DNA from: Eledone cirrhosa
Lineage: Eukaryota
Assembly: GCA_964016885.1 (NCBI GenBank)
Contig: OZ024747.1
Span: 41,478,001 to 41,542,000, forward strand
DNA: 64,000 nt
Direction: 5' to 3'
The notes under the pieces were generated by a model. The model did not search any database and was not told the DNA's origin. It worked only from the letters and a program-made list of their open reading frames with translations. Within the stretch, counting starts at the first letter, position 1. Every line of letters begins with the position of its first letter. The position numbers and the translations under genes are program-made. This document shows, in pieces, positions 1-14,500 of this stretch.

Positions 1-1308
1 CTGATTTTGGCTTGATTTCTACAGCTGGATGCCCTTCCTAACACCAACCTCATTTACAGTGAGTGCTGGGTGCTTTTTCCGTGGCGCCTACACATCCACT
101 TTACAGTGTGGGCTGGGTGCTTTTTTGCAGTGGGAGGGTGTGGGGGCATATTGTCTATATGCTTCAGCTTGTACCCATGGGAGGTCGGGTACTCTGTATT
201 ACTGCGTGACGCCAGAAGTCACGGTCGTGTGTCATCGCCTTTGAGAGGTGTAATTGGGTAAGGTCGGCTTTTATCACCTCATCCCAGGTCTTCTTGGGTC
301 TCCCCACTCCGCGGTTTCCATTGACTTCTAGTGCTCTGCACCTTTTTATGCAGCTGTCATCCTTCATACGCATCACATGTCCATATCAACACAACCGCCT
401 CTCCTGCACACAGCATTTGATTCTTCTTATGCTCAGTCTCTCTCTCAATTCATTTATGCATTGCCGTTCGCGTATATTACTATTACACATCCATCGGAGC
501 ATGCAGGCTTCGTTTCTTTCTAATCTATGTAAGTCTTCCACCTTCAGCGCCCAGGTCTCACTACCATGTAACATTGCTGTTCGGATACACGCATCATACA
601 GTCTGCCTTTCATTTTGAGGGAGAAGCCTTTTGCAGCTAGCAGTGGCAGTAGCTCTCTGAACTTCTTCCATCCCGTTCTTACCCTAGTTATTGTACTTTC
701 TGAACACCCACCTCCGCTGCTAATTCGGTCACCTAGGTAGCAGAAGCTGTCTACTGTTTCTACAGAGCCCTCCCAGAGATTGGTGGTACTTGTTTCCTGT
801 GGCTGTTTGCTGCTTGCTGTCCCAGCACAGCTGCTACATGTGAAGCCTACATTCTTAATTAAGCTTCCTGAGATCCCGCTACATCTCTTGTGTACCCATT
901 GTTTGCATTTGGGGCAGAGAATGGAGTTCCTACCTACACCTTTCCTACATACTGAGCAAGGCCATTTCCTTGAGGGGATCTGGGTTCTGTTTTCTCGTCT
1001 ACTTACAAGGACCTTAGTCTTTGTCATGTTAACTTTGAGACCCTTTCTTTCTAGTCCCTGCTTCCAAGTTTGGAATTTCTTCTCTAGTTCTACCATAGAT
1101 TCACCGGTTGTAAACTCCTCTGTTATTGCCTGCAGGACTATGATGAACAGGAGAGGGCTAAGAACAGAGCTCTGGTGGACACCAACCTGTACGCTAAATT
1201 CCTCGCTATACTCATTGCTAATCCTAACTTTGCTGACTGCTCCCCTATACATGGCTTGTACAGCTTTCACAAGCCATTCATCTACTCCTAGTTTTCTAAG
1301 AGCCCACC
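1..1308 (-). mobile_element. 5'-truncated RTE-clade LINE (subfamily A), RT C-terminal half plus Cys/His finger plus 3' tail
   Basis: ORFs 386..1270 and 164..376 match the RT/C-terminus of the 20721 ORF; the YADD segment is deleted; begins at (TA)n. Confidence 0.92.
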
Positions 1309-1330
1309 AGATATATATATATATATATAT

Positions 1331-1538
1331 ATAGGAACAAGTAGGACCCCGACGGCTGAGTTCAAGCCGTTTCGACAGCTAATTCTGGACTAAAACGACG
1401 GCTGAGCTCAAGCCGTCGAAACGGCTTGAGCTCAGCTGTCGGGGTCCTACTTGTTCCTATTACCCACTCTACTACCCTAAGTATTCAGTACTTTGGTGCG
1501 TTATGGTCCATCTGGTTCCTTACCGCATTTCCTTTGTT
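1331..1538 (+). mobile_element. (TA)n-flanked asymmetric hairpin mini-element (probable Penelope pLTR remnant)
   Basis: 46-bp inverted arms at 1331-1376 and 1415-1460 plus a tail shared with 46817-46893 and ~40320-40390. Confidence 0.65.
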
Positions 1539-1559
1539 ATATATATATATATATTCCTG

Positions 1560-2340
1560 AGAGGGTCATGGGGGCAGAGTCCTCAACAACTGTCAGAAGC
1601 ATCCATCCCCAACTGATCCAGATAGATCCCCAACTGAGCTCATGGATGTCATCCAACCATCTTGCTCGGGTCTACCCATGGGTCTCTTGCCGGTTGGTTT
1701 TGCCAGTAAAACCTGTTCAACGATTCTTTCCTAAGACATTCTAACCGCATGCCCATAGTATTGGAGCCATGATCTCTCAATTTGGAGAAGTAGCAGCTCT
1801 ACCTGGAGTGGCTCTCTGATCTCCGAGCTTTACTTCAAAGGCCTTTTGGAGGAACCCCGATTCGGCCGCTTGTATTCGCAATCATATTCTTTCGGTTATT
1901 ACCCAAGATTTATGACCATAGGTAAGGGTTGGCATGAATACCAAATTGAAGATATTGAGGTTGGCTTTTACCCTTACCTCCCTTTTTCTGATTACCAAAT
2001 GCTGAAAGAGATGCAGTACTGCACCAGCTTTTGCAATTCTTGTACTTAATTTTGTCTCCTGCCTTCCATTACTCATGAACACAGCCCTGAGATACTTTAA
2101 CTTTTCTACCTGCTTCAGTGGAACTCCATTTACATGTAGAGTGCACTGTACAGGCTTCATTGGGAGGACAAGTGTCTGTTTTTGCAGCACTGATTTTCAT
2201 TGCAGCCATGCAGTACTCCGCATCAAACCTATTAAGTGCAAGTCGGAGATCACCTTCTGTCAAGTTAAGTAACTCCATGTCGTTTGCAAACTCCAGCTGA
2301 CTGATTTTACACCCACCAGTCATGATACGACTTTCAACTT
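1560..2340 (-). mobile_element. Decayed RTE-like LINE 3' fragment (different family)
   Basis: ORFs with FANDM (FADD-like), LKQVEKLKYL, PTLTYGHKSW. Confidence 0.75.
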
Positions 2341-2526
2341 GTTTGTCAAGCTTTCTATGGTGGATGCCCTTTCTAACACCATCATAAAGAAATCAAAATA
2401 CAAACACATTATACTTCTGAACATCTGCTTCCATTTTAGAGCATTACAAAAATAGAATACAAGCTTGTATTTAGAGAGTCATTAAAATCTAGAGTCAATA
2501 AATTGGTCCATTATGAGTCCCTATTG

Positions 2527-2595
2527 TCATGTTCTCTTGGCTTTGGCAGCAGCAGACTGAGCCATTTTTTTGGCTCGCACCATTTCAACAAGTTC
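2527..2595 (-). CDS. DNAJC2: DNAJC2 last coding exon ([10 protein letters not shown]...KRT*)
   Basis: tttttcag acceptor, TGA at 2529-2527. Confidence 0.95.
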   Translation of the reverse strand, partial: ELVEMVRAKKMAQSAAAKAKRT

Positions 2596-5500
2596 CTGAA
2601 AAATAACCAAAACAATTTTGTACTATTCCAAAGACTTGAATAAAAAAGTTCTATTTTGGAGGCAGAACATGAAACTAATTATTTAAAAGAAAACAAAAGA
2701 CTACTGTTGATTAAGTTAACCCACATAACTCATATTCAAAATATCGCTTGCTACCTTATATTAGAATAAGAAAAATATCAGCTTAGAACACTGCAGTACT
2801 AAACCATGTACCAATTTTGGGAAGTGATGCAACATAGCCAAATAAATATATAAAATCTCACCATGTCATGAAAGGTCACTGACATTATATAAAAATACTT
2901 GAGCAGTATCTAATAAAAACAAAACACACTACAAAAGGAATAGGAAAGGAAGAAAAAAAAAGAAGGATCAAGCAGCAAAAGAAAGGAGGAGGGGGAGGGG
3001 CAGTCACTACACCCCAGTCTTTTAAATATTTTTAATCCTAAGAAGAAATAAAAGGTAAAATTAACTAACATAAAATTTAAACCCTGGCAAATGAAACACT
3101 AGACTAAATACCGTAGTCGCAGATATTTCCATTGTCTTATTTGATTTATGGCTAATTTCACAACCTTACTTATTATTAATAGCTAATTTAAACACAGTGC
3201 TGCTCTTTTTTAATATTGTATGTTATGAATTAATGAGAGTTAAATTCATTATTTTAATAATTCATAGCAGATAATTTAGAGCATTAATCACTAATTACAA
3301 TGAGATACATTTTCTTCCCATTTAACGCCATAAAATATAGAATATATTCCAGCTAAATACAGCCTTGTATGAGCAATATTCTAATTATTGTTCTAATGCT
3401 TTTCCAATCAATTTCTGTTTATGTCGTGAGGGCCACAACACGAGTCATTAAGATATCTAATTAGAAATCTATATACAGTGAGGAAGGGGGTGGCATCTCA
3501 ACGTAATTAACTTCAGTTTGTATCCAGTCAACAGTGCTTAATGAATTAATCCATTAAGCTATAAATAAGTACCCTGGAAAAGTAGTCTACGGCTCTAGCA
3601 TCACTCCTTCATAGTCAGCCTATGAACTTTTCAGTCGACCCTCGTAGACTAGACTTCATATCAGAAAGCTCTTACCTAGGAAATTGTTTGTCACCTAATT
3701 AATCTATGGTTAATCAAATATCTTTTTTAACATTACTTTTAACATTAATACTGAGCCAATTAATTAGAACATCTAATTAAATGGCTCAGTATTTTTCTGG
3801 CTCTCTGCAATCTGAGTTTAAATCCTGCTGAGGCCAATAAATAGAATACCAGTCAAAATGTAGTGGATTAGTGGCATTTTGTTGGACAAGAGTTGGACAG
3901 AATGCTTTGCAATATCTGATATGTCTCTAGACACTCTGTGTTCAAATCCTGCCTCTTTCTGTCAGGAATTGCTACAAGCAATGTAAAGACTAAAGGAAAC
4001 ATAGTTTCCTTGGTCTGATCTGACTATCTGCTCCTTTCGATTTTTTTTTCATTTTCTTAAATGTGCCTACATATCATCTATTGTACAGAATGTCTTTCAG
4101 AAAAAGATGATACACAGAAGACAATATTACAAAACTTCAGCTCAAACTTCATTCAGTTAAGGCACCACCATAAATATTTGTAGTTTATCTCTAATAAGAA
4201 TCAATGGACAAGATTCCAGACCACACCCACTTACCAAGTGGGTTGGAAATCATCAAATTGGACCGAGGAAACAATGTTTCCATTAGTCATTCCATTGCTG
4301 ATACTATCTACCTGTCGCAACTCCTGGCAGAAGGAGCAATGTGAAATAAAGTGTCTTGCTCAAGGACATAACGCATATCACGGTCTGGGAATTGAACTCG
4401 CAACCTCATGATTGTGAAGCCAATTCTCTAACCACTCAGCCACATTCCTTCACTTTATCTCTACCCTTTCAATACCACAGATATTCATATTGATAATGCA
4501 TAAAACTTTATTAGGAATGATATATTAGGAATGACTGTAAAACCATTACAAGGAAAAATTACTACTTTACCTTGTATCTTTTTATACAGTCTTTTTTGCT
4601 ACGAGACGGAATATTAGCAGCTATTTTCTCCCACCGCTCAGGAACATCAGCTGGATAAGTTTTCAGGGATTGTTCCAGCAACTTCTGTTCATCCGATGTC
4701 CATGGTGCTGTGTTGGTACCTTGTTCTCGCATCTGTTGTTCTACAATACCTGAAAGATTTGAAAATATGTACTGCTTAACCATAGGTTATCCTGATTGTA
4801 TCAAAATTTATCCTTTGTGTATCTGGTTTATAATATGTACACTGTATCTCTGCATTTTGTAAGAATCAACTAAAAGAGTTGGCACCAGTAAGGGCACCCA
4901 GTTGTAAAACATTGTCTCAAAAATAACACTATGATAAGTTTAAAGACTATCATGAAGCCTGCATTGCTAACTCTTGGTTTAGTAGGGAAAATGACCTTAA
5001 AAGGTTTGCCCTTGTATCCTGGAGAAGTAAATCATCATCATCATCATTTTACGTCCACTTTTCCCTGCTTGCAAGGGTGGGACAGGAACTGATTCTGGCT
5101 TGATTTCTACAGCTGGATGCCCTTCCCAACACCAACCTCATTTACAGTGAGTGCTGGGTGCTTTTTTGCCATGGCACCTCCACGACCACTTTGCAGTGGA
5201 ATGATATGGACCCCAGTCCCTATCATCTCATTTCTACAGCTGAGTAAACAGGAGCAATGTGAAATAAAGTGTCTTGCTCAAGGAAACAACACATCACCCG
5301 CTCTGAGAATTGAACTCACAACCTCTCGATTGCAAGGCCAATGCTCTAACCACTAAGCCATGTGCCTCCAATATTATGCATATTTAGAAGCTAAGGAAAT
5401 TGAGAAAAATTTTGAAGAAAATATTTTCAAGTATAAAGGAGGATATTCTCCAACACAAAGATGCTATAAAAATAGCTTATAAATTAGGGTATGAGACCGA

Positions 5501-8500
5501 TGGCTGATGGCAACTTCTTTTTCCATCTGATAAGAGTCTTCACCCTACTTATATATATATATATATCCATTCTTCCACGCTAGCATGGGTTAGACTATAT
5601 ATTTGGGTGCATAAAAGATGTAGTGGGATCACAGGTAAGCTAACTAAGAACATAGATTTTACATGTGGCCGGTGTTCTGGGGATATAAGTAGCAGCAAGT
5701 GCCCACAAAATACTAGCTCTTTCAACTGCGCAGAGGGTTCTATAGAAATAATGGACAGCTTCCGTTACCTGGGTGACAAAATCAGCAGTGGGGGAGGGTG
5801 CTCTGAAAGTACAGTAGCTAGAGTCAGAACTGGGTGGAAAAAGTTCAGAGAGCTTATACCACTATTGGCCGCTAAGGGTTCTCCCTAAAAATGAAAGGCA
5901 GGCTGTACGATGCCTGCATATGAACAGCAATGTTACATGGCAGTGAGACCTGGGCATTGTGTGCAGAGGATATACGCAGACTAGAGAGAAACGAAGCTTG
6001 CATGCTCCGCTGGATGTGCAATAGTAATATACGTGAACGACAAAGCATAAACGAACTAAGGAAAAAATTAGAAATAAGAGTGATCAGATGTTGTTTACTA
6101 GAGAGAAGGCTACGTTGGTATGGTCACGTGATGCGCATGAAGGATGATAGCTGTATAACAAAGTGCAGGGCAATAAAGATAGACGGTAGCCTCGGAATAG
6201 GCAGACCCAGAAAAACCTGGGACGAGCTGATAAACACCGACCTCACACACTTACACCTCACCAAGACAATGTCACTGGACCGAGACCTTTGGCGGTACTC
6301 AGTAATAGATAAGACCCGCCTTGCCAGTAGGCAGCTCTAACAAAATACACCCCGTCCCACCACCACAACCCCCACCCCATCCACACCACCCCCTTAAATG
6401 CAAAATTATGTTGGTGCCACAAGATCCAGGCCGAAACAAATGAGATCGTGTAGGTGTCACGACAAAAAAACACACAGTCCACGCTGTAATGTGGCCGTGT
6501 AGGCAACACGGTAAAAACCTCCCAGACCCACACTGTAAATGTGGTTGGTTTTAGGAAGGGCATCCAACTGTAGAAAACCTGCCAGACAGTCCTATGCGAG
6601 CAAGAAAATCACTCTTGCCTCAAGTGGGACTACCCCCGTCCAAACCCATGCAAGCGTGGAACACGGACGTTAAACGTTGATGATGATGATGATGATGATG
6701 ATGATATATATATATTCTCAGTGCTCAAAAGCCGAAAATTAGGCTTCGTACATTGAAGAAAATATATATAAAAATGATTAATTACTTTCTATATTTTTCT
6801 CAATTCCTGAATCATTTATCAGGAGGATACATTTAGGAAGTATCAAATAAACACTTCCAAAGAACATATGTCCCTTTCTTGCAGGGAAAATGGATGCTAA
6901 ATAATGACAACAATGACGATGATGATGATGATGATGATATGTGTATCTGCAGAGAATTCAATAAAAGTCTGCTGGATATCTTACCAACAGCTACTAGTAA
7001 GCAGAAGCAACAAAAAGTTACCACAGTTTGACCTGACACCTTTTCCATTGAAGAGTGAAATCAATTTTGTATGTGACCAGTTTCAAGGAAATGTTGAACC
7101 ATTCCACATGTTCATGATCCAAGATCAGCCATCACATTCTCACCATGTGTAATAACATCATTAATTCCTGAATTGATCTGTTTAATGGCAGGTTTTACGT
7201 CTGCTATGCTAGGATTGTTATTCAGTTCCTCAATAACATGATACTGAGGAAGGACTTCTATGACATTCTCAGCTAATGTGGGTGGGTTATATAAAATACC
7301 TTCAGTATCACTAATTAAGGTGGACCCATCTTTGGAGCAGAGAAGAGTAATAGTTGATTGGCAAGGGCCAAACATCTGTTTTAACAAGTTGTACATTGTT
7401 TTGTGGTCCTTTCTGTCAAAAGACAGTTAAATATATGTAGGTATATTCAACCACATGAGTCTAATATCATGTACAAGCATCGACTTGGATGGTTGGAACA
7501 TATCACGATTCCCAAGTGAGAGACATACTAATCAGGTCCTGTATTGTACCCCTATGGAAAAAGACAAAGAGGATGTGATGTAAGTGTGTAGTAACTTAAG
7601 AATACATCATTATCAGCATCATCATCATCATTATTATTATTATTATTTTACATCCATTTTCCATGCTGGCATAAGTTAGACTATAACACATAAACATTGA
7701 CAAAAGTATGCTTCTATCTCAACATGTTAGTAAAAGAAAAATGATAAGACCAACCAAAAAAAAATTCAACTTACTTTCATAGCGTTGGCTGATGCGACCT
7801 TCTGCTGGGACAGCCGTGGTACAGCCTTTTGTATGATGCTTTTCAAACACTTCAAATGCTTTCTTTTGAGCCTCCTCTTTTAAGGAAAAATCTAAAACAA
7901 AAAAAAATTACGATAAGATACACACAAGTATAAAGGAACACATACAGAATTTTTTAGACCATTTTTTAGACCATTTATGAAGTCAACTATTTCCAAATGG
8001 TTGAAATTTACATTGTATTATCACCTTCATCATTTAACATACATTTTCCATGCTAGCGTGGATTAGACGAGTTGTCCCATTGTGAGACATGTCAGACCAT
8101 CTCTTGCTCATACAGAATTGGTTCTGGCTTGATTTCTATGGCTGGATGGCCTTCATAATGCCAACCACATGTACAACATGGACTGGGTGCTTTTTATAAT
8201 GGCACCAAAACGACCAACTGACAGGTTGCACTGGGTACTTTTTCATCATGTCATCAGAACAACCACTTTATAGGGAGGGCTAGGTGCATTTTGTCGTGTC
8301 ACCAGCATGATCATTTTATATTTTATATCAACTGTTCCATGCTGGCATAGGTTGGACAGGATGTTTTGAGACAATGTTTTTTTACACTAGCATAGGTTAG
8401 ATGAGTTGTCCCTTTGAGAGTCAAGTCAGATCAGATGGCCGTGTCTTGTTCATACAGGATTGTTTCTCACCTGGTTTTTACGGCTGGATGACCTTCCTAA

Positions 8501-11500
8501 TGCCAACCACATTTATAACCTGGACTCGGTACTTTTTATTGAGGCACCAAAATGACCACTTTAAAGTGTGGACTGGGCACTTTTTGTCATGACGCCTACA
8601 TGACCACTTTACAGCGTGGACTGGGTGCTCTTTATCGTGTCAACAACACGACCCCTTTACAGTGTAGACTGGATGTTTTTGTCATAGCACTAAAACGACC
8701 ATTTTACAGTGTGGACTAGGCACTTTTTGTCATGGCACCACATCCTGTTAATACACACACTAAAAAGAAGAAAAGACTTACCATTCTTTTGTAATTCTTT
8801 AGCTTTCTTTAAAACATCTCTAGCTGTTTTTCTACTGTCTTCTACATGTTGAATTATGAAATTTGCAATGACTTCCCATCTAGAAATTTAGAAAACAATA
8901 ATAAATAAATAAATAAGAAATGAAAATATAAATTTTATTTTTTATTTTACCTAAGCTGAATATTAGAATTAATATTGCCATTATCACCTTTCATGACCAT
9001 ATCTCTAATGGAAAAACACTGCCTATGATTTTCAAGACATTTTCAAAATAATCGAGAATTTAGAGGGATTTAGTAATATAATTAATTTTCTCATTATTAA
9101 GCAGGTGTTTGGAGGCATAATTTCCTTTCAGCCGCTTGTAATGATGTTTGTATTCTTTCATTACCCAAGATCCATGACTATAGGTAAGGATTGGCACGAA
9201 TACTAAATTGAAGATAGCAAGTTTGGCTTTTACATGTCAATTTTTTTAATAACCGAATGCTGAAGCTGGCACATTACTGCAACCCAGTAAAATCAGCATC
9301 AAACCCAAGCTTTGTCAACTGACAGGCCAAGGATCATAAGCTAACAAAGTACTAACTGCGTTTCTTGTTAAGCTCACAGCTGTGGAAGCATCTGGCATTC
9401 TGGGCTCCTGAATCACCACCCTTCTATTCAGTTTGGTCAAAATGGCCATTTACAAAAACCCCCAAAATTGGATTGACTCTTTCAGTGTGTCTATTTTGTT
9501 CACTAGAACCATGAAACTTACTTTGTTTATTGTATTCACAAATTAAAAACGTTTTTTAACATTTGTTTATTAAAAGAAAAAGAAAAAGAGAAATTTAATA
9601 AATACAATATAAACATTTTAAATTGGTCAATGCTTTTGTTAGCTTTAGGAATGTTACATACACACACACACACGTTGTCAGAAACAACTGCAGCCACTCA
9701 GCATCATCATCATCATAATTTAACATCTGATTTCTCTGCTAGAAGGGTTGGATGTGTTGTCAGATTGGTCACTACTCAGAGCCTCTAACTCCCAAGTGAT
9801 TTAGGGGCCCGACATACAATCCAGCATTCTATCATGTGCATTTTATTGTGAACAGTCAGCCGATGAACTTTTCAGCCTACCTTCGTAGATTATCAACATT
9901 AATGTCACATAATAAAAACTCACCGATCTCTTGTGCCAGCTGGAAATAAATTCACACCAGTGACCATAAACTGCATTTCAAGCTCAGTCCAGTCCTTACT
10001 GACTTGAGAAACTTCATTCGAAGACTGTTTCTGGAGAACTTCTAACTGCTTTTTTTTCTCTTCCTCCATTTCATCTCTCAATTCTTTCACCTTTAGTTAG
10101 TAGACATCACATTAATTAGAAAGAGAAACAGAGGTATAGGTTGGGGAAATAATCAAATATAGCTGAAGGAGAGGTTTACATCTTTTTAGCACAGTAACAA
10201 GTATAAAACAGGGAGACAGATATTTTTTTTAAGACAAAAGGTTTTATCATTATTTTATGTCCCTCTTCCTTGCTAGCAAGGTTTGGATGGGTTTATACAA
10301 ACCAAGTCAGTATTCAAGCAGAGCTACTGACCTCTCAGATAAGGTGGGGCTTACATGTATTCCTGTGCTTTACCGAATACATTTTATCATAGCACCAGCA
10401 CCAGGGCGCGTGTCATGTCTTTTACATAGCTGAAGAGTCCTCCTGTCCCTTTATTTGGCAAATTTTCTATTGCTATATGCCCTTCCTGTCACCAACCACT
10501 TTATAGAGTGTAATGGGTGCATTCACCATGTAGATCACCAACACCAGAGATCGTCATGTCTTTGTCACATCAACAAGCATTTAACTAACACTGATTAGTC
10601 ACCTAGGTGTATCTTCCATCAATATCTCTACCACTATCACAACTGTTTTGAATCCCATTCTTTCAAGATCAATAAAAGAAATAACAGTCTAATACTGGGG
10701 TCAATTCTTCCTCTTTACCCTTTCTCTGTGTTCAGACCTGGAGAGATGGGATCTGCCTGTTTAAAATGTGGTTAGTAACAGGAAGGACATCCAACCATAG
10801 AAAGCCTGCCAAATAAAGGGTTAAGAGCTGCGTCAAACATGAAATGTCCGTACATACAACTGAAAGTATGTTGTTTCCATCTAAATCAGTCATGGACAAA
10901 CTGCAGCCCGTTTAATTTTCCAAATGGCCTAATTTCAAAATTGCCTTGAATTTTTTTAGTATGCAACCCACCTTATGATGAGCCATATCCTATGTGGCCC
11001 ACTGTTCAAAAAAGGTTGCCCCTGCCTGATCTAAATCTTACAGATGCATTCATCTATCACCCTTGTATCTAAACTTCTTCCAATCCTTTAGTAAATTCTT
11101 TACTCCCCACAACTGCAATCCTAAACAAAGCACAAACATGCTTTATTATTATGAGGTCTTACTTGGATTGGCAGTATCCGTAGATGGTTGGACGCCATGC
11201 TTTGCAGCATAGAGTTACGCCCCTTTACGGTGTGAGTTCAAATCCCGCCGAGGTTAACTTTGCCTTTCATCCTTACCATGTCAATAAAATATAATACCAG
11301 TAATCCACTGAGATAATTACTGGCCTTGTGCCAAAAGTAGAAATAATTATTATTAAGTCCCACTGAGGTTAGCTTTGCCTTTCATCCTTACAGGGTCGAT
11401 AAAATATAGTACCAGTAATGCACTAAGTTCGATTTAACTGATTTTCCCCTCCCCCAGCGACCTGCAACTCACATACGATCCCGTGCACCACTGGGTGCAT

Positions 11501-14500
11501 TTTATTGTGACACAAGTACTATGGAGGTGTCATGTCTTTGACAATCTCCCTAGTGCTGATGTCACAAAAAATACACTTGATAGTGCATGTGATCATACTT
11601 TAAAATACTGCACTTGAAAAAAAATTGTTTTCTATGCACCAAAGATGTCTGTGAACTCAGACATGCTAAATACATTTCTACTCATTTAATACATACCTTT
11701 TCAAGGAAAGCATTCTTGGCTACTTCTTTGTCTCCAGAATTTAATGCTTCATTCAAAGACTGCAATCTAGAGAAAAAAAAGATAATTTTCACAAGATAAA
11801 CTCAGCAATCATTTGAAACAAAATTTAGTTTTTACTTTTAGATTTTAAATACTAAAACAGTAAATGAATTTTGGATATGGGTTGGACAGGTTGTCATGGT
11901 TTGGATAGCTTGTGGAGCCTCATCTCACTCATATGTTCCACTTTTGACATGGTTTCTATGGCTGGATGCCTTTCCTAATAACCACTACTCTACAAAGTGT
12001 AATGAGTGTATTTTATTGTAGCACCACTGCAGCTATTTTACAGAGTGTATTGGATGCTTTTTATCATAGCACTAACACTACCACTTTACAAATAGGATTG
12101 GGTATATTTTATCATGGTACCAGCAGTGCCACTTTACAGAGTGACCTGGGTACATTTTGTTGTGGCACCAGAACTACCACTTTACAAAGTGAACTAGGAG
12201 CATTTTATTGTGGCACCAGCATTACTACTTTACAAAGTGAACTAGGAGCATTTTATTGTGGCACCAGCATTACTACTTTACAGAGTGAACTAGGAGCATT
12301 TTATTATGGCACCAGCATTACTACTTTACAGAGTGAACTAGGGGAATTTTATTGTGGCACCAACATTACTACTTTACAGAGTGAACAAGGTATATTTTAT
12401 TGTTACACCAGCACTAGTGGGGTTATGGTGTCATAAACAGGACAGTGGAGGTCCTCTCCATATGGTAATGATGTCAGGAACAATTGTAACATTAGCAACA
12501 ATGACAATAACTGCACTGTTTATTATATATGAGGTGATGTAAATGACAAAATAAAAAGAAATTAAATGTACATCTAACCAAGAAGGAATTTAGAAACTGG
12601 TTCTGACAGGAGTTGACAATTGGGAAAGGTACATTTAATAATACTCACCTTGTTACACTCAGAAGTTCAGCAAGTTTCTCAACTTCTTCCATGTGGTTTA
12701 CTTTCTCATATTCATTTGAAGCAAAATAATCATTTTCCTGAGAATGAAAAGATTAAAAATATTGCAAAATGTTTGTGTGTATATAGATGTGTAATAGTAA
12801 TGAACATGAATTGAGAAAGAAACTGGGCATAAGAGGGACCAGATGCAGTGTACAGGAAAGGAGACTGTGATGGTATAGATATGTGATGCGTATGGAGGAT
12901 GACCATTATTTTAGCCCATTGATATCAATACTCCAAAACAAATATGCAATAGGGTCTTACCTTAACAATATTCCTCAGAATTTTTTTTTCTTTCTTCAAT
13001 GCTTTCCGAAGAGCATCTTTCTCTTTTTTCGCAGCTGCAGCCTAGAAAAATCCAAAGGTAAAAATTAATATAATTACTTTTTAAAAGATAACTGAATAAT
13101 GATTTATTGGCCCACAAATTCACAATCCTATCTAATCACACATGTTGACTTTGTTCTTAACAAAGCTATTCAGCTCTTAATTTTCCAAGCAATGGAAAAT
13201 AAAACATCTTGCTCAAGAACACAATGCACCTGAGCTAGGAATCAAACCCATGCCTTATGATCCTCAATCCAACACCTTCACCCACTAGACTACCTTCACA
13301 ATACTAGTAAGCAGCACAGAATAAATAAGTGTACTGGGTGCAACTTATCATGGCACCATCACTGATACTTAATGAATCATCATCATCATCATTTTACGCC
13401 CACTTTTCCCTGCTTGCAAGGGTGGGACGAGTCCTATTCAGCACAGCATCTCTCCACTTGTCATGGTAGCTTCGGCATCTCCTCCATGAGCTTCAGCTAT
13501 CTGAGATCTGCTCTCACCACTTCCGCCCATGTTTTTCGTGGTCTTCCTCTACTGCATCTTCCTTCTACTGGGATTTCTTGGCACTTCTTTACCCAGCAGT
13601 CATCCTCCATGCGCATTACATGTCCATACTATCGCAGTCTTCTCTCCTGCACACTACTTATCCCTCTTATACAGAGTTTCTTTCTCAACTCGTCTATGAT
13701 TGGTCGTTCATGCAACGGAGCATAATTGCTTCATTTCTCTCCAGCCGTCGCATATCCTCTGCAGTTGCTGCCCATGTCTCACTACCATGCAGCATTGCGC
13801 ATCTCACACAGGCATCATATAACCAGCCTTTCGTACGCAGGGAGAAACCCTTCTTTGTCAACAGAGGAAGCAGGTCCCTAAACTTCTTCCAACCCATCCT
13901 TATTCTAGATACTATAGCCTCGGAACCTTCCCCCCCCCCCTCCCATGCTAATCTGATCACCTAGATACTGGATGCTATCAACCACTTCTATAGAACCTAC
14001 CTGCATTTGAAAAATGTGTCTATCAATGCGACTTCTACTGTCAAATTTCCCTGTACATCTGCATATGTAGTTTTCCCTACCTGTTAGTTTGCCTGCTATC
14101 CCACCACATCTCTTGTGTACCCAAGATCTGCATTGTGTACATTTTATTGAATTTATGCCAGCTCCTTTTCTTCATATCAAACATGGCCATTTCCCTGATG
14201 GAATCAGAGTTTTGTCCTCTTTTCTACTTATCAACACTTTTCTCTTAGCTATGTTCACTCGCAGTCCTCTTGATTCCAACTGCTGTTTCCATAGCCAGAA
14301 TTTATTCTCTAGCTCCTCTACTGATATAAGAACCAAATCGTCAGCATAGAGAAGTTCCCATGGGCAGCCAGTCTTAAACTCATCTGTTATGGCTTGGAGG
14401 ACTATAATGAACAAGAGCGGGCTGAGGACTGAACCCTGATGTACTCCTACTTGTATCTGGAATTCCTCACTAAACTCCATTCCTACTCTCACTTTACTGA

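Noticed and set aside
11966-12436. 156-aa ORF with [15 protein letters not shown] repeats
   Set aside because: Translation of a 48-bp SINE-tail minisatellite; no evidence for a real gene
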